Of a DNA stretch of 64,000 bases, positions 48,540 through 61,639 are shown one piece after another. This DNA is from Hypanus sabinus. Taxonomy: Eukaryota. The notes beneath the pieces were generated by a model, which saw nothing but the letters and a program-made list of their open reading frames with translations, was not told where the DNA came from and ran no database searches. The translations under genes were made by a program, and so were the position numbers. The stretch covers positions 94,240,001 through 94,304,000 of the forward strand of contig NC_082714.1 of assembly GCF_030144855.1 (NCBI RefSeq), given 5' to 3'. The first letter of the stretch is position 1. The number at the start of each line of letters is the position of its first letter.

Positions 48540-51500
48540 TTCTGTGGACGAGGACTTGGATACAATCTTTTCTTCCGTGTGTCAGGGACAGGGCACCTCG
48601 AATAGGGTCTAAAGCATTCTGAAGTGGAAGAGTATGCAGTCAGAAATCGTGGTCAACATGGGTACCAAAGATATTGGTAGGAGGGGTGACGAGGTACAGA
48701 AAATTGAGTTCAGGGAGTTAGGTGCTCAGTTAAAGGACAGGGACAAAGGGTTTTGATCTCTGGACTGCTAGTCGTGCCTCGCACTAGTAAGGCCAGGCGA
48801 AAGAAAATTAAGCAGTTTAGCACATGGTTAAGGAGATTGGGCAAGTGACACGGCTTCAGATTGTTGAGTCATTTTTTGATGTCTTCCAGCGAGGGTGGTA
48901 CTATAGCGGCGTGCTTCAAGTAGCGCTGAAATAACGACACGGAGGCGGTGAGCTGCAGTTGCAAAAGAAGTTTATTCAAACTTCGCGGCCTCGCTTTCAA
49001 GCCTTCCTGTTCCCGCGCGGGAATGTTGTAGAGGGAGCATATTCACAGTCCCGTCCCGCGCGTGGGCTTTTCTCACTGCTGCTAAGGCAGGCTTGACACC
49101 CTTTTTGGGACCAGCCTCAATGCCGGCGCGCGCCACTTTGTGAGCCGGTTCGAGTGCGCTGGGAAGTGGGTCGCCACATAACCACACCCCCCCCAGAACC
49201 GGCCATACACCCCCAATGCCCTCTGTATGGGAGATATGCCTCTGCGCCGCGGAGCCTGAATCTCGACCGGCTGCGCCAAGTCCACATGGGCTGGTTTGAG
49301 TCGGTCCACTGTGAAAACCTCCTCTTTCCCCCCCAATGTCTAGCACGAATGTGGACCCGTTGTTTCTGACCACCGTAAACGGCCCCTCGGAGGGCCGCTG
49401 TAGCGGTGTCCGCCCCGCCGTACAAAAGTTCTGCAGGTCTTTGGGTACGCAGGTCGGGTTCTGCCCATGCTGTGAAGTGGGTATGGGGGCCAGGTTACCG
49501 AACCTCTCGCGTAGTATGTCCAAGACTGCTGCGGGCTCTTCCTGTTGCTCCCTTGGGGCTGGTATAAAATCTCCTGGGACGACCAGGGGTGTGCCGTACA
49601 CCACCTCGGCCGACTAGGTATGCAGATCCTATTTGGGCGCCGTGCGGATTCCGAGCAGGAGCCAGGGAAGCTCGTCCACCCAGTTAGGCCCTTTGAGGCA
49701 AGATATGAGAGCCGACTTTAGGTGACGGTGGAAACGCTTCACGAGTCCGTTCGACTGTGGGAGGTAGGTAGTTGTGTGGTGCAGCTGTGTCCCCAGAAGG
49801 CTGGCCATAGCTGACCACAGGCTGGAGGTGAACTGGGCGCCTCTGTCGGAGGTAACGTGGGCCGGTATCCCAAAGCGAGATACCCAGGTTGCAATCAGTG
49901 CACGGGAGCAGGATTCGGAGGTGGTGTCGGTGAGCGGGACCGCCTCTGGCCATCTTGTGAACAAGTCTACGATAGTCAGGAGGTGTCGCGCTCTTCGCGA
50001 CACTGGCAGAGGGCCCACGATATCCACATGAATGTGGTCGAAACGCTGGCGGGTGGGGGGGGGGGGTACTGCTGCTGCAGGACTTTGGAGTGCCGCTGCA
50101 CCTTAGCTGTTTGGCAGTTTTAACGAAGCTGCATGAACAGATGTGGCGTCGTTCATCTCCGGTCCAAATATCGTTTGGGCCGTCGGCGTCACCAATTGTA
50201 GCGGCGTGCTACACACAGCGCTGAAATAACGACACGGAGTCGGTGAGCTGCAGTTGCAAAAGAGGTTTATTCAAACTTCGCGACCTCGCTTTGAAGCCTT
50301 CCTGTTTCCGCTCTCCTCGGGCGGGAATGCTGTAGGGGGCGCATATTCACAGCCCCGCCCAGCGAGCGGGCTTTTCCACTTGCTGGTGAAGCTGGCTTGG
50401 CGCCTCAATGCCTCAATGCCGGCGCGCGCCACTTTGTGAGCCGGTTCGAGTGCGCTCGGAAGTGGGTCGCCACAGTACTTCTATAAATGGGACGGTTTGC
50501 AGCTGAACTGGAGGGGACTAATATCCTGGCGGAAAGTTTTGCTCGTGCTATACGAGGTGTTAAACAATGTTGGGAATCAAAAGGTTCATAATGATGGGAC
50601 TAATGTTCTGACCTGCGTATATTTCATTGCAATGAATACGGTATGAAAGGTGGATGTGCTTAGGATCTGGATCAGCATGTGGAATTATGATACTGTAGCC
50701 ATTAGTAAGACTTGGTTGCAGGAGAGACAGCACTGGCAGCTCAGTGTTCCGGGGAACCGCTGGTTTAGATGTTAGAACGGGAAGGATTAAAGGGGGAGGT
50801 GTGGCGTTCGCAGTCAGGGAATATGTTACGGTAGTGCTCAGTCAGAGTGGATTGGGGAGCTCATCCAATGAGGCTTCATGGGGAGAACTGAGGAATAAGA
50901 AGGTATCATCATTTTAATGTGTTTATATTATAGGTTACCAAATAGTCCTCGGGAATTGGAGGAGAATATTCACACAGAGATTGCAAACAGTTGCAAGAAA
51001 CAAAAGATCGTAATCGGAGGTTATTTTAAATTACCACAAATTGACTTGGACTCCCATATAGTATAAGTGTTGGATGGATAGAGTATGTCCAATTTGTTCA
51101 GGAAAGTTTCCTTAACCAGTACGTAGATTCCCAGAGAGAAACAGAGTGAGATACCGGATCTCCTATAAGGGAATGGGTGAGGGCATATGCCAGAAATGGT
51201 TACAGAACACTTTCAATCTACTGGTCATAATGCCATTAATGTTATGGTAATTGTGGAAAAGGAATAGACCTGGTCCTCGGGTAGTGATTCTAAACTGCAG
51301 AACACTCGTTTTAATGGTCTACGAACGTATCTGACAAGCGTGGAGTAAGACGGTTGTAATTTGACGAAGGTGTAATTGATAAGTTGGAGGACCTCAGAAG
51401 TGAAATTTTGAGAATACATAGTTTGTAAGTTCCTGTCAGAATAAAGGGGGGAAAGAACGTGTTAGGGATCCTTGACCTTTGAGAAATGTTGTCGCCATGT

Positions 51501-52030
51501 TTAGGAAATGGTGCAGAGAAGGTATGGGGAGGTGAGAACAAATGAGGTACTTGAGGAGTATATGAAATGCAAGAGAACACTTAAGAAGGAACTCAGAAAG
51601 GATAAAAGAATGCATGAGGTTGCACCTGCAGTCAAGGTGCAGGAGATTCTGCAACAGTTATATTAAAAGTAACAGGGTAGCAAGGGGAAAATGTGATCCT
51701 CTGGAAGATCGGAGTGGTAATCTATTTTGAGGCTGGAAGAGATGTCGGAGATCTTATTGGTATTATTCTTTGCATCTATAGTCTCTTTTGAGACGGAAAA
51801 GAGTCTATAGAATAGAGGCAAAGCAGAAACGAGGTCATTGCCCCTATACAGATTACAGATTACAGATGGTCGTGTGACTGTGGAACGAGCTGCCATTTCA
51901 AATTGTGGATGCGAGTTCTATTTCAGCATTTATGAGAAATTTGGAGAGAGACATGAATGGAAGTGATATGCGGGGCTATGTGACAAGGCAGATTAATATT
52001 TCGGCCAATCTGTCTCTTTCTGTGCTGCAG
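48540..52030 (+). mobile_element. Old CR1 (ORF1 end + ORF2 start + 3' end), interrupted by the Gypsy element
   Basis: ORF1 VVNMGTKDIGR remnant before 48901, continuing after 50478 with endonuclease remnants (..SKTWLQE..W.LSVPG). Confidence 0.65.
48902..50474 (-). mobile_element. Internally deleted Gypsy LTR retrotransposon retaining the integrase core
   Basis: LTRs at 48902-49178 and 50197-50474, 4-bp TSD GTAC, PBS TGGTGACGCCGACG (tRNA-Trp-like), purine-rich tract next to the 3' LTR. Integrase HIHVDIVGPLP...VDLFTRWPEA...SDRGAQFTS...PQSNGLVKRFHR at 49629-50040. Confidence 0.9.
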
Positions 52031-54032
52031 TTTTCTATGACTCATTGAATCTCTTGTTCAAACCCGAAAGTAGGAAAGTTTTGAAGTCGGCAGTGCTGAC
52101 AAATCAATGGAAATTATGAATGTAAGGGCATTGGCTGAGTAGTTGCATTCTCGCACGCTCCCTGACGGCATTGCACTGCTAGTTCGTGCAGACGTCCGAA
52201 ACCTTAACTGGCTGAAGCAAGTTGGTTTAAGTCATCCGATGCTCGCTCTAGAATAAAAATAGCTATTAATTCCCGGTGTATAGCGGTGACAGCGCCCACT
52301 GAAACGACTTGAGGAAGACAGATGATCCAGAGTGTTCATTTGACAACCATGCTCCATTCATTACAGAGGGCCCATACACAAATAATTTTTAGTGACTTTA
52401 CAGCCTTCTTCTCAGAGTGTCTGAAATTGTGACAGGCAGTATAGAAAAGGCCCTTCGGCTCAGCTCCTTCGATGGTAAGTTGCATGCATGAGTTTATCCC
52501 ATTTCCCTTCAAATGTTCTGTGTCCCAATGAACCCTGCCTATCCACACATGTGCCCAAATTTCTGAGTGTTGAGGTGGGCAGTTTGAACGACGGGCCAGC
52601 TGGATGAAAAAAGAACATTGTTATTTTTTACTTGTTTGTCATGTCTTATCAGGGACACATCCAGAGTGCTCTCCGTTGCCGCCAAATGGTCACTTGTGAA
52701 CACCTCCAGTTTCTCCATTTCCTATTTCTAACACCCTATCCACTGCTGGCGTGCCCGTCTCTTTCCTTGAACTATACCCTTTAATTTATACAACTGGCAG
52801 ATCATTGGACTCGGAGTTTTCTGTGTATTATTGGGAATGGAGTTGTGCAATATTTTGGCTTAGTTAAACATCATGCGCATTCTGCGCATAATGGTAATAC
52901 AGTGACAATATTCCGATTTCACCGATGGAGTAATTCATTTCCTGAAAAGAAACAAATCTACACACTTTATCCAGGAGTTGATTGAAAAATTTGGTTGAAT
53001 AATATATCAGAAACGTTGTAAAGACTCCTGTCACATTAATGTCCAGAAAACGTAAATCAGCGGGTTTCCTGTCTTGATTTATGTGAGCTAATAGCCTTGA
53101 AGTCACATATTAGTGGTGTTTCAGTCTTTGCGCCTGTTCAGACCTTGAAGCTTCTCGACTGCATCGGTGCCCCACGAAAGCCAGCAATGTGGAAGTTCCG
53201 CAACGTTGGTTTAACTTTCCTGTGAAATTGAAGTGAGATTAAAAACGCTTCTGATGACTGGCTAGAAAGAATGCGGATTTTTCCTTTCCTTCGTGTTGAT
53301 GGTGGAACTAAAATGGAGTTGCCAGGCAGTTCAGAATAAGGATAAACCTGAAATCAAAGGTAACGTGTTCAGCAGTGGCCTCAGACAGAACCTCGTCACA
53401 GACCGGCGATTAGCTGAGTATGCCAGAGCAGCGACTGCTTCGGTAACCCAGAGTAAAGAGACTTGGCATCAATTTCCAAAGTTCAAAGTAATTGTATTAT
53501 CAACGTGCATATATATCATCATATGCAAACCTAGAATTCGTTTGCTTGCCGGCATGCTCAGGAAATCCAAGAACCACTACAAGATCAATGAGAACCCATC
53601 CCCAATAAGATAGGAATAGACCCAATGAGCAAAGACGTTAAACTGTGCAACGAGCAAAGGAAAATAAAGAAATTAAAATAAATCAATAAACAATATATAG
53701 AGAACATGGGTGCAAGTGAGTGATTTAGCAATTTAAGTAGTTCGACATCACAGAAATAATCTCAGTGGCCACTTATTATTTTTACCTACAACTATGTGCC
53801 TGATTATTAACGAAAATATCTAAACAGTTAGTCACGTGTCAGTATCTCAAAGTATAAAAGTATGCAGCCTTGGCCAAGAGGTTCACTCATTGTTTAGACC
53901 AAACGATATAATGGGAAAGAAAAGTGATCGAAGTGAATTTGATCGCAAAAAGGGCTTTGCTTGTAATAGAAGAGGATTTATCTATGGCATTGTCGGCTTT
54001 ACCACTCATGGGCGTTGGCGTTTCCATGATAC

Positions 54033-54033
<1 letters not shown>

Positions 54034-54087
<54 letters not shown>
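54034..54087. repeat. (CA)n microsatellite
   Basis: Direct reading. Confidence 0.95.
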
Positions 54088-54091
<4 letters not shown>

Positions 54092-57000
54092 GGACTGGCA
54101 CATATCTCTCCCGTTTCCTACACCTGTAGTCAATAAAGTGCTCTTTGGTTTTGATGACATTCTGTGAGAGATAATTAGTGCTGCATTATTCAGTCAGATA
54201 CGCAACTGTTCCTATAAGTCTGTCCTCAGGTCCAGGGAAGCAAAGAGCACAGGGTCAGCATGGCGGAAGTCGACCCGAAGACAAGTGGTGGATATGCTTT
54301 ACGAGCTGCCAGAGGCAGTGGAAGAAGAAGGTAGAACTGCACTGTTGAAAATGCATCAGGAGAGTTACACGGATATCAATATTTCATGGTGACGTTACTC
54401 AAACGTAGGCAAATGGGATTGACACAATTAGGCAACTTGGTCCACATGGACAAGTTGGGCTGGAGGGCCTGTTTCCGCGCTGTTTAACTCTAACTCAAAA
54501 ATGTAGAGGATGGCAGTAAAATGAGGAGAGGGCATCATTGGCTTTCAGTGAGGGGCATCAAGCAACAATCCAAAGCCCTCTGATAAATATGATTGTTGAT
54601 AGAGACTGAAACAAGGACAAATCCTGTTTTACGTGAGGAACAACGAATAAAATTGAGCATCAATTAAAACCTTCGCAAGTTACTGACACAGGTATTGTTA
54701 ACATCCAAATACAACAAGCTGTGAGGGAGACAGATACTGCTATTTTTCCAAGGAGTTTTGAGGATGGGAGATATGTTTCGCCAAGGGTGGCTTGATAACA
54801 GCTGCTAAATGCAGGAAACAGGTGTTGTCCTCGGATCCAATTGCCATATGCTTTCCCCATCTGACCCGTTGTCTCTCTCCGTTCTCTTTGCACTGTCTGT
54901 CTCTCTTTTTTCTGTTCCGCTCTCCCCTTTCGCTCTTTTTCCTATCATTCCCTTTCAGAATTGGAATTTGGCAGTCTGTGACATTAATCAATTTCATCGC
55001 TTGCAACAACTGATTGCAATTTGTGTAAACTTTTTATTCAATGATTTATTTTCAGAATTTGTATCTTGCGGTTATAGCAGTTTCTCAGTTTTATAGTTTT
55101 TAGAAATTTCAGCCGTGCCTCTCCGCACCTCATCTTCTCCGCTATCGAGTAACCGGGCCAGCTGGACCACTTCACGATCAAGACAGAAAAAACATCAATT
55201 TGTGTAACATTCGCTAAGTAGAGGCTGTGACAACACCGCCCGGGTCCCTATGTGGAGCATGACACGTTCCGCAGCTGCATCAGTGCCGGTCACAACACAA
55301 ACAGTTCGAACCGGTGATTATTATGAGGGACGGGTTAACTGGATTGACAAGTTACCAACGACAGGATAGGTTTGATGGGAAAGGACGATATCCAAGTAAT
55401 TGACAACTGGTTTTCTAGATTTCGGGACAAGCATTGACACAGAATCACGTAAATACGGAATACTTATCTGGAAGACACTTCCTCTCATCTATTACGCAAT
55501 ATCCTACAATCAGTTTAGATATGGAGGTGGAATGTGGGATTGGTAGAGATTAACTAAATCATAGACAAGGGAAGCGAGATGCGATGTCTCACACAAGCTC
55601 CACTTTCGGTGTGCAGCTTTCATCTGGGTGAGGATCAGAATTAGAATCACGTTCAATATCATTGGCACTTGTCGTGAAAATTGAGCGGGTTAATGAGTGC
55701 AGGGCTGGAAAAAGTATTTTTGCGTGAGAAAATAACGAACGAATTACCAAGACGCCAGAGTGCTGAAGACCAGAATAAAATAAACAGATCGTCATAGAGT
55801 CATAGAGCACTACAAAACATAATCAGACCCTTCGGCCTATCTAGCCTGTGTCGAATTATTAATTTGGCTCGTCCCGTCATTCTACACTTTGAACATAGGT
55901 TTCCAAAACCTTCCCTCCAAGTCATTATTCATTATTTTCTTAAATGCAAAAGTTGACCCGCATGCAGCACATCTGCTGGTAACTGTTCCCACAACATTTT
56001 TTGAGTAAAGAAGTTTCCCTTCATGCTCCCCCTAAACATTTCACTATACCATGAACTCTAGTTGTAGTCTCATCCAACATCATGCGGAAGACAAATCCAG
56101 CTTGTATTTACCCTAGCTAGGGCCCTTTGGAGTGGCATGGCAGGAGGCAGGAAGAGACCCAATAATGCTGCTGTAAATATAAAACAAAAAGCATATAAAC
56201 GGAATGAACGTTATTGAATTTCACACTGTGAATGGAACCACTGCAAAGTAAGTAAATAAAGCTTCCATTATAATGATCATAAATAAAATATACAAGAACG
56301 CAAAGGAAGCCATTGTTCCTTGGAGCCAAGGTGAAAAACACAAAAGATATAGTCACACACAGCACATACAGGGACAAAATATTTATTAACAAAAGCCTCT
56401 GAGTGGCCTGGCCTCAAGACTCACAGGTTGACAAAGAATGTGAAGTAGAATGTTACTGGAAATTTTATAATAAACCAATCACTGGTATAAACATCTGAAA
56501 CAGCAGCAATAAAAAAAAGTCTTTTTTACCGCTGATAATGAAGACACCTGTATACTATTGCATACAGGTCACAGAACATTAACAAGTGCAACAACAGAGA
56601 ATGAAGGAAACGGGTTATTGACCTTTATTTCAGGATTATTTGAGTCAAAAGAAAGGCAGACTCATTGCATTGATGTAGGACTATATCAATAATATTCGAG
56701 ATGTGCAGAGAATATTTACAAGGATGCTAATGGTACTTGAGGACCTGGCTTAAATATGAAAGGTAAGCAAAGGGGGAAACTTTTTCACACAGGGAGTGGA
56801 CAGAGTGTGGATCAAGCTCTGGTGGATGCGATTTGATCTCAACATTTAAGAGAAAACTGGGTAAGTACAGGTATGGGAGGGTATAGAGGTCTATGTTTTC
56901 GGTTTATGCCCACGGGACTAGGCAACATAACAGTTCGACATGGACAAATGGGCCGAAGGATCTGCTGGGTGCTGCACTGGTCTTTGACTATGAATCTATG

Positions 57001-59676
57001 ATCCGACTGAAAGCAGCATTGAAATACTGCTCTTGGGTCCAATCTTTAGTGTTGGAGAGGACAGGCAAGCGAGCGAGTTGAGTCTTAGAATCGTGCATAA
57101 ACCTACGACAGACCGATTTATTTTTTTACTTAGAGATAAAGAGGGAAATAGGCCTTTCAAGCCGCACCGACAAACGCTTTACTCCTGATTTAACCCGAGG
57201 CTAAGCATGGGTCAATTTACAATGACTAATTAAACTTCGAACTTGAACGTCTGTGGACTGTGAATATATACCAAATGACCTGGAGAAAAATCCACACATT
57301 CCCCGGTGAGAACGTACAGTCTCATTAGAGATGCCGTCGGAATGAACTCCGAACTCTGACGCCTTGAAATGTAATTGCAAAATCTTTGTAATGCACGCAC
57401 CTGTCTAACTAAATGGTGTGTTGTGCGTGCAGCTACCAGCTCCTCTCACAGCTCTTTCCTTATGCGTACAATCCTCCACTGATAAAATTGCCCCACATGA
57501 TCTTCTGAAAAAGTTCTTTATTCGCCTTTAACCCATACCCCGCATTTCTTAATTTCCCAACCCCGGGCAAGTAAGACTACACCTCACACCATGTATGCTC
57601 TTTACGATTTATAAACTGTACTGTAATATTACTTTTTATTTTCCTATGCTTCAAGGAATAACACCCGAAAAGACAAGAACTATCCTTATCAGTCAATCCC
57701 TAGAGTCATCGCAACATGATCATAAATTGTCATTCATTTCCAGAGGGCTAGAATATAAAAGCAAGATTGAGGTATTGGGTCTTCATAAAGTGATGTGTGG
57801 CCCCACTTGGATTATTGTGATTAGTTCTGGGCCTTTTATCTTAGAAAGTATGTGCTGAAAGTGGAGAGGGTTTAGAGGAGTTTCGCGAAAATGATTCTGT
57901 GATTGAATGGTCTGTTCAAAGAAGGTCGTTTGACAGCTCTGGTACTTTATTGACGAAAATTCAGTAAAATGAATGGTGACCTCACTGAAGCTGAAATATC
58001 TTAGTAGTGTGTTTGCGGAGAAGGTGTTTCCTACGGCGGGACAGTTTAAGACCAGAAGACCCAGCCTCAGATTCTAGGGGTTTCATTTCCTTTTGTCAGA
58101 GGTTGTGAATTTGCGGAATTATTTGCACAGACAGTTGTGGAAGCCAAGTCTTAATGTGCTGTACATTTAACGCAGAGGTTGATAGATTCTTGACTGATCG
58201 AGGCATATATTGATACGGGGAGCAGGCTGGAGATTGGGGCTCAGGAGAATTGGATCAACGATGATGAAATGATCGAACAGACTTGATGGGACAAATTGCT
58301 TAATTCTCCACCTATATCCTATGGTATTAATACTTATTACACATCTTCCAACAATATAATCTTGCCCGTAGCAGGGTGATTAATACAGAAAACATTATTT
58401 GAAATGCGGCCTCACCATCATCTAAGACACTTGCAATATTTCATCACAAAATCGAAACTGAGTGCCTGACTGGCGAAGGCAATCACAACACAAAGCTTTC
58501 TCACCAACCTCCATACCCGTAATGCTACCTTCAGGAATAGATTTCTCGGAGTCAGTGGATGAATAATACAGGGATTTGTGCAGTAGAATAAGCGATAAGC
58601 TCCAATAGTGACAAGCAGGAAGGCATGAATATCCAATGACTGAATCGGATAACTTGTCTTGGCCCACACTGCTGGAAGGTATGCATTGTTAGACAGCTGG
58701 TGCAGGCAAGTGGAGAATTTTCCGCGGAGCGTCTTCGATGTATGTGATACGTGTCATTGGTCTTTGTAGACACACGTCCAGACTCCTGAACCAGCGGAGA
58801 TAACTTCAATCACATCAAAACTCAGCTGCTTCCACAACATATAAATTCACATTGACGGACTCTAGAACTTATGCTCTGAAATCTATCTGTCCATCTACCT
58901 ACCTACCTACCTATCTATCTATTTATCTATCCAACAAACTAGCTATCTATTTATCTATATAGAAATCTATTAATTCGTGTACGTATTTACTTATTACTTC
59001 GTTATTTATCTGCTTTGATTATTTATCCATCTACTTATGCATGTATTTATTTGTTTTGTTTGTTTCTGCTTGCACAGTTTGTCTTATTTTGCAACTTAGT
59101 TGTTTGTCCGTCTTAGTGTTTACTTTTTCATTGATTAATTGCATTTCCTTATATTATCTGTGAATGTCCACAAGACAATGAATCTCAGGGTAGTACATGA
59201 TGACATGTACGTACTCTGATAGTAATTTTTTTCGAATATTGAACTTCATGTACCCTTGCATTTTACAGCGGTCTAATGTACAAAACAATTTAGTGAATCG
59301 AGTCTTTTTTGTTCAGTAGTCACTCCTGGATATTGACGGCGAAATATTCAACGAAGTGGATGTGAGGTGATACGATTTCAAGGGATCTGTTGCCGTTGAA
59401 AGCCGCCATTGCCTGGCACTAATTTTACTCCTATCTGCTTTTTCTGATTATTTCCATTGTCTTCTTCCATACCTCAATATTTCACTGACGGAAAACTAAA
59501 TTAATGCGGTGCGACTTGAACAGATGAAAGATCTCTGTCTATAAACGGCGACAGTGCATTCCCCTACATAGATGCCGGCTGACCAGTCCTTTGGAAAGAC
59601 ATTCTCCGCCCCCATTCTTTCCCTAGATCCTCCCATTAATTAACACCCCAGTTAATAAACGGACCCGGAGATTCCG

Positions 59677-59686
59677 ATTTGCAAAT
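59677..59686 (+). promoter_or_regulatory. Octamer-like element (ATTTGCAA[AT]) upstream of the IgL leader
   Basis: One mismatch to the IgL octamer ATTTGCAT, ~95 nt upstream of the ATG, which is the usual position. Confidence 0.55.
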
Positions 59687-59776
59687 GTTGGAACCGGAGC
59701 AGCTCACGGTGTTTGCAGAACAGCGCGCGGTTCGGTCGGAATTTTGGGAGCACACTGAATATACTTGTCCGGAAGA

Positions 59777-60299
59777 ATGTCCCCTGTGTTACATCTCCTG
59801 TGGGCTCTGCTGTTCTATTTAACAGTTGAGTGTCACGGATTGTCTGTGAAAATTGTGATTACAGCTGTGTTATTTATACTTTCATCGTGTTCAGTGATTG
59901 ATCGTTTCACGTCTCCAATAGTGGTTTTATTGTGCTTTGCTGCAGGTATCCTGGCAGCCTCAGCCCGCAGTCAGACCCAAATATCCAGCCCTGCATCCGC
60001 TGGACAAATCGTAAGCTTAGAATGTCGAGTGCAGAACGGTAATGTTGGAAGTTACGACATGAGCTAGTACCGACAGCGTCCTGGAGAGATGCCGAAGCGG
60101 GTGTTAGCACATGCGACGGGTAATAGAATATATCGTCAGGAATGGATCAGAAACCGTTTCCAACCGTCCAGAGACACCTCAGGCAGCAGTCATATTTTGA
60201 TGATCAGCAGCTTGGAGTCCCGCGTCTGCTCTGGCTATTACTGTGGAATGTGAGATAATGCGTATATCTTCAGTGCAGGCAACATCCTGGATATAAAGA
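59777..60299 (+). pseudogene. Germline-joined Ig light-chain leader + VJ pseudogene, sigma-cart (type I/NS5)-like
   Basis: Leader 59777-59825 MSPVLHLLWALLFYLT, with the donor mutated to ttgagt. VJ exon 59946-60299: GILAASARSQTQISSPASAGQIVSLECRVQNGNVGSYDMS*YRQRPGEMPKRVLAHATGNRIYRQEWIRNRFQPSRDTSGSSHILMISSLESRVCSGYYCGM*DNAYIFSAGNILDIK. Stops at 60065 and 60251 fall at expected Trp positions. QNGNVGSY, YRQRPGE and RFxPSRDTS are characteristic of this isotype as I recall it. No C exon was found in the window. Confidence 0.85.
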
Positions 60300-60545
60300 A
60301 ACATAGAAACATAAAAAACCTACTGCACAATATAGGCTCTTCGGCCCACAAAGTTGTGTCGAACATGTCCCTACCTTAGAACTTTATAGGCTTTACCCGT
60401 AGCCATCTATGTTATTAAGGTCCATGCAGCCATCCAGGAGTCTCTTAAAAGGCTCCATTGTTTCGGCCTCCGGTAGCCTATTCCACGCACTCACCACACT
60501 CTGCGTAAAAATAGCTTCTCCTGACATCTCCTCTGTACTTAATCT
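60300..60545 (-). mobile_element. CR1 3' end abutting the IgL J segment
   Basis: An aacatagaaacata tail begins right after ...GATATAAAGA, followed by CR1 terminal sequence in reverse orientation. Confidence 0.75.
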
Positions 60546-61639
60546 CAAGCACCTTATAACGATCTCCATCCCCGGTTCCCTCTGCCTCCTCCTCCAGCTG
60601 CCTATCACCTCCCTCATTGCTCCACCTCCTTATACACCTTTCTAGAGCTTTCCCCTTACATTCCTTCTTCACCTTTACTGCCTATCCCCTCCCTACTTCT
60701 CCTCCCCACCTTTTAATCTTTCCCCTTACTGATTTTTCTCCTGACACCTACCAGCATTCTCCTTCCCACCCTCCCCCACCTTCTTTATCGAGTCCCTGCC
60801 CCATCCATCTTCACTCATGACGAAGGGTCTCGACCGGAACTGTTGACTGTTCGTTTGCATGGATGCTGTCCGACCTGCTGAGTTCCTCCAAAGTATTGTG
60901 CATGTTGCCATTATCAAATTACTGATCACTTTATTTGCGAACACATTTTTGTTGGACACTTTTGGTTTACCTCAGTCGTTGCACAGAACTGAATATCTTC
61001 CGGTGTCCCTCCTTTTTAACACATGAGCCCCGTGTAATTGATCATCAGTATTTGTTTTATATTGTCACTTTTAGAAGATACAACAAAAAGCTTGTCTTGC
61101 ATACTGTCTGTGCAGATATGCGATGACACAGTGCATTGAGGTGTACATTATAGCAATGTAGTACATCTTATCATAGAACCACATCATGGCTCTTTTTCAC
61201 ACTGATGTCTCAACGTTGTGAAATTAAACCAATCCCTGCTGCCTGCATATACTCCATATCCCAACTTTTTCTGAATACTCATGTATCAGTCTAGCTTTTA
61301 AGCTTTTTAGCTATTAGCTTTTTAAATTTTCCTGTCGTATCTGCCTCCTCTACCTATGCAGCTCGGTCCATGCACCCATCACTCTCTATAAAAAAGTAAA
61401 AATGAACCGACCATGTCCGTTAAATACTTCCTCTCTCGGTTTAGATTTCTGCCCTCGATGAATATATATATATGTATATATATAGACTGTTATCCAATCG
61501 TTGGCTCCCATACAGTTCATAAATAAATTGGGGAAATTTGCATCACCGCAGACATATCACCCACCCTTCTCACTACATTCTCCACCTCTGAGGAGGAGTA
61601 TGGCACAAACATAAGGGAGACCGTGTGAGGGACGATAGG

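Noticed and set aside
58418-58669. Hydrophobic ORF vaguely like a GPCR TM3-TM4 segment
   Set aside because: No DRY/NPxxY motif or neighbouring helices. The similarity is too weak.
60065-60253. Both IgL stops being G->A changes in Trp codons as a sign of germline AID activity
   Set aside because: For the one I checked (60065), the mutated base is not in a WRC context. Two events are uninformative, and TGG is one step from a stop anyway.
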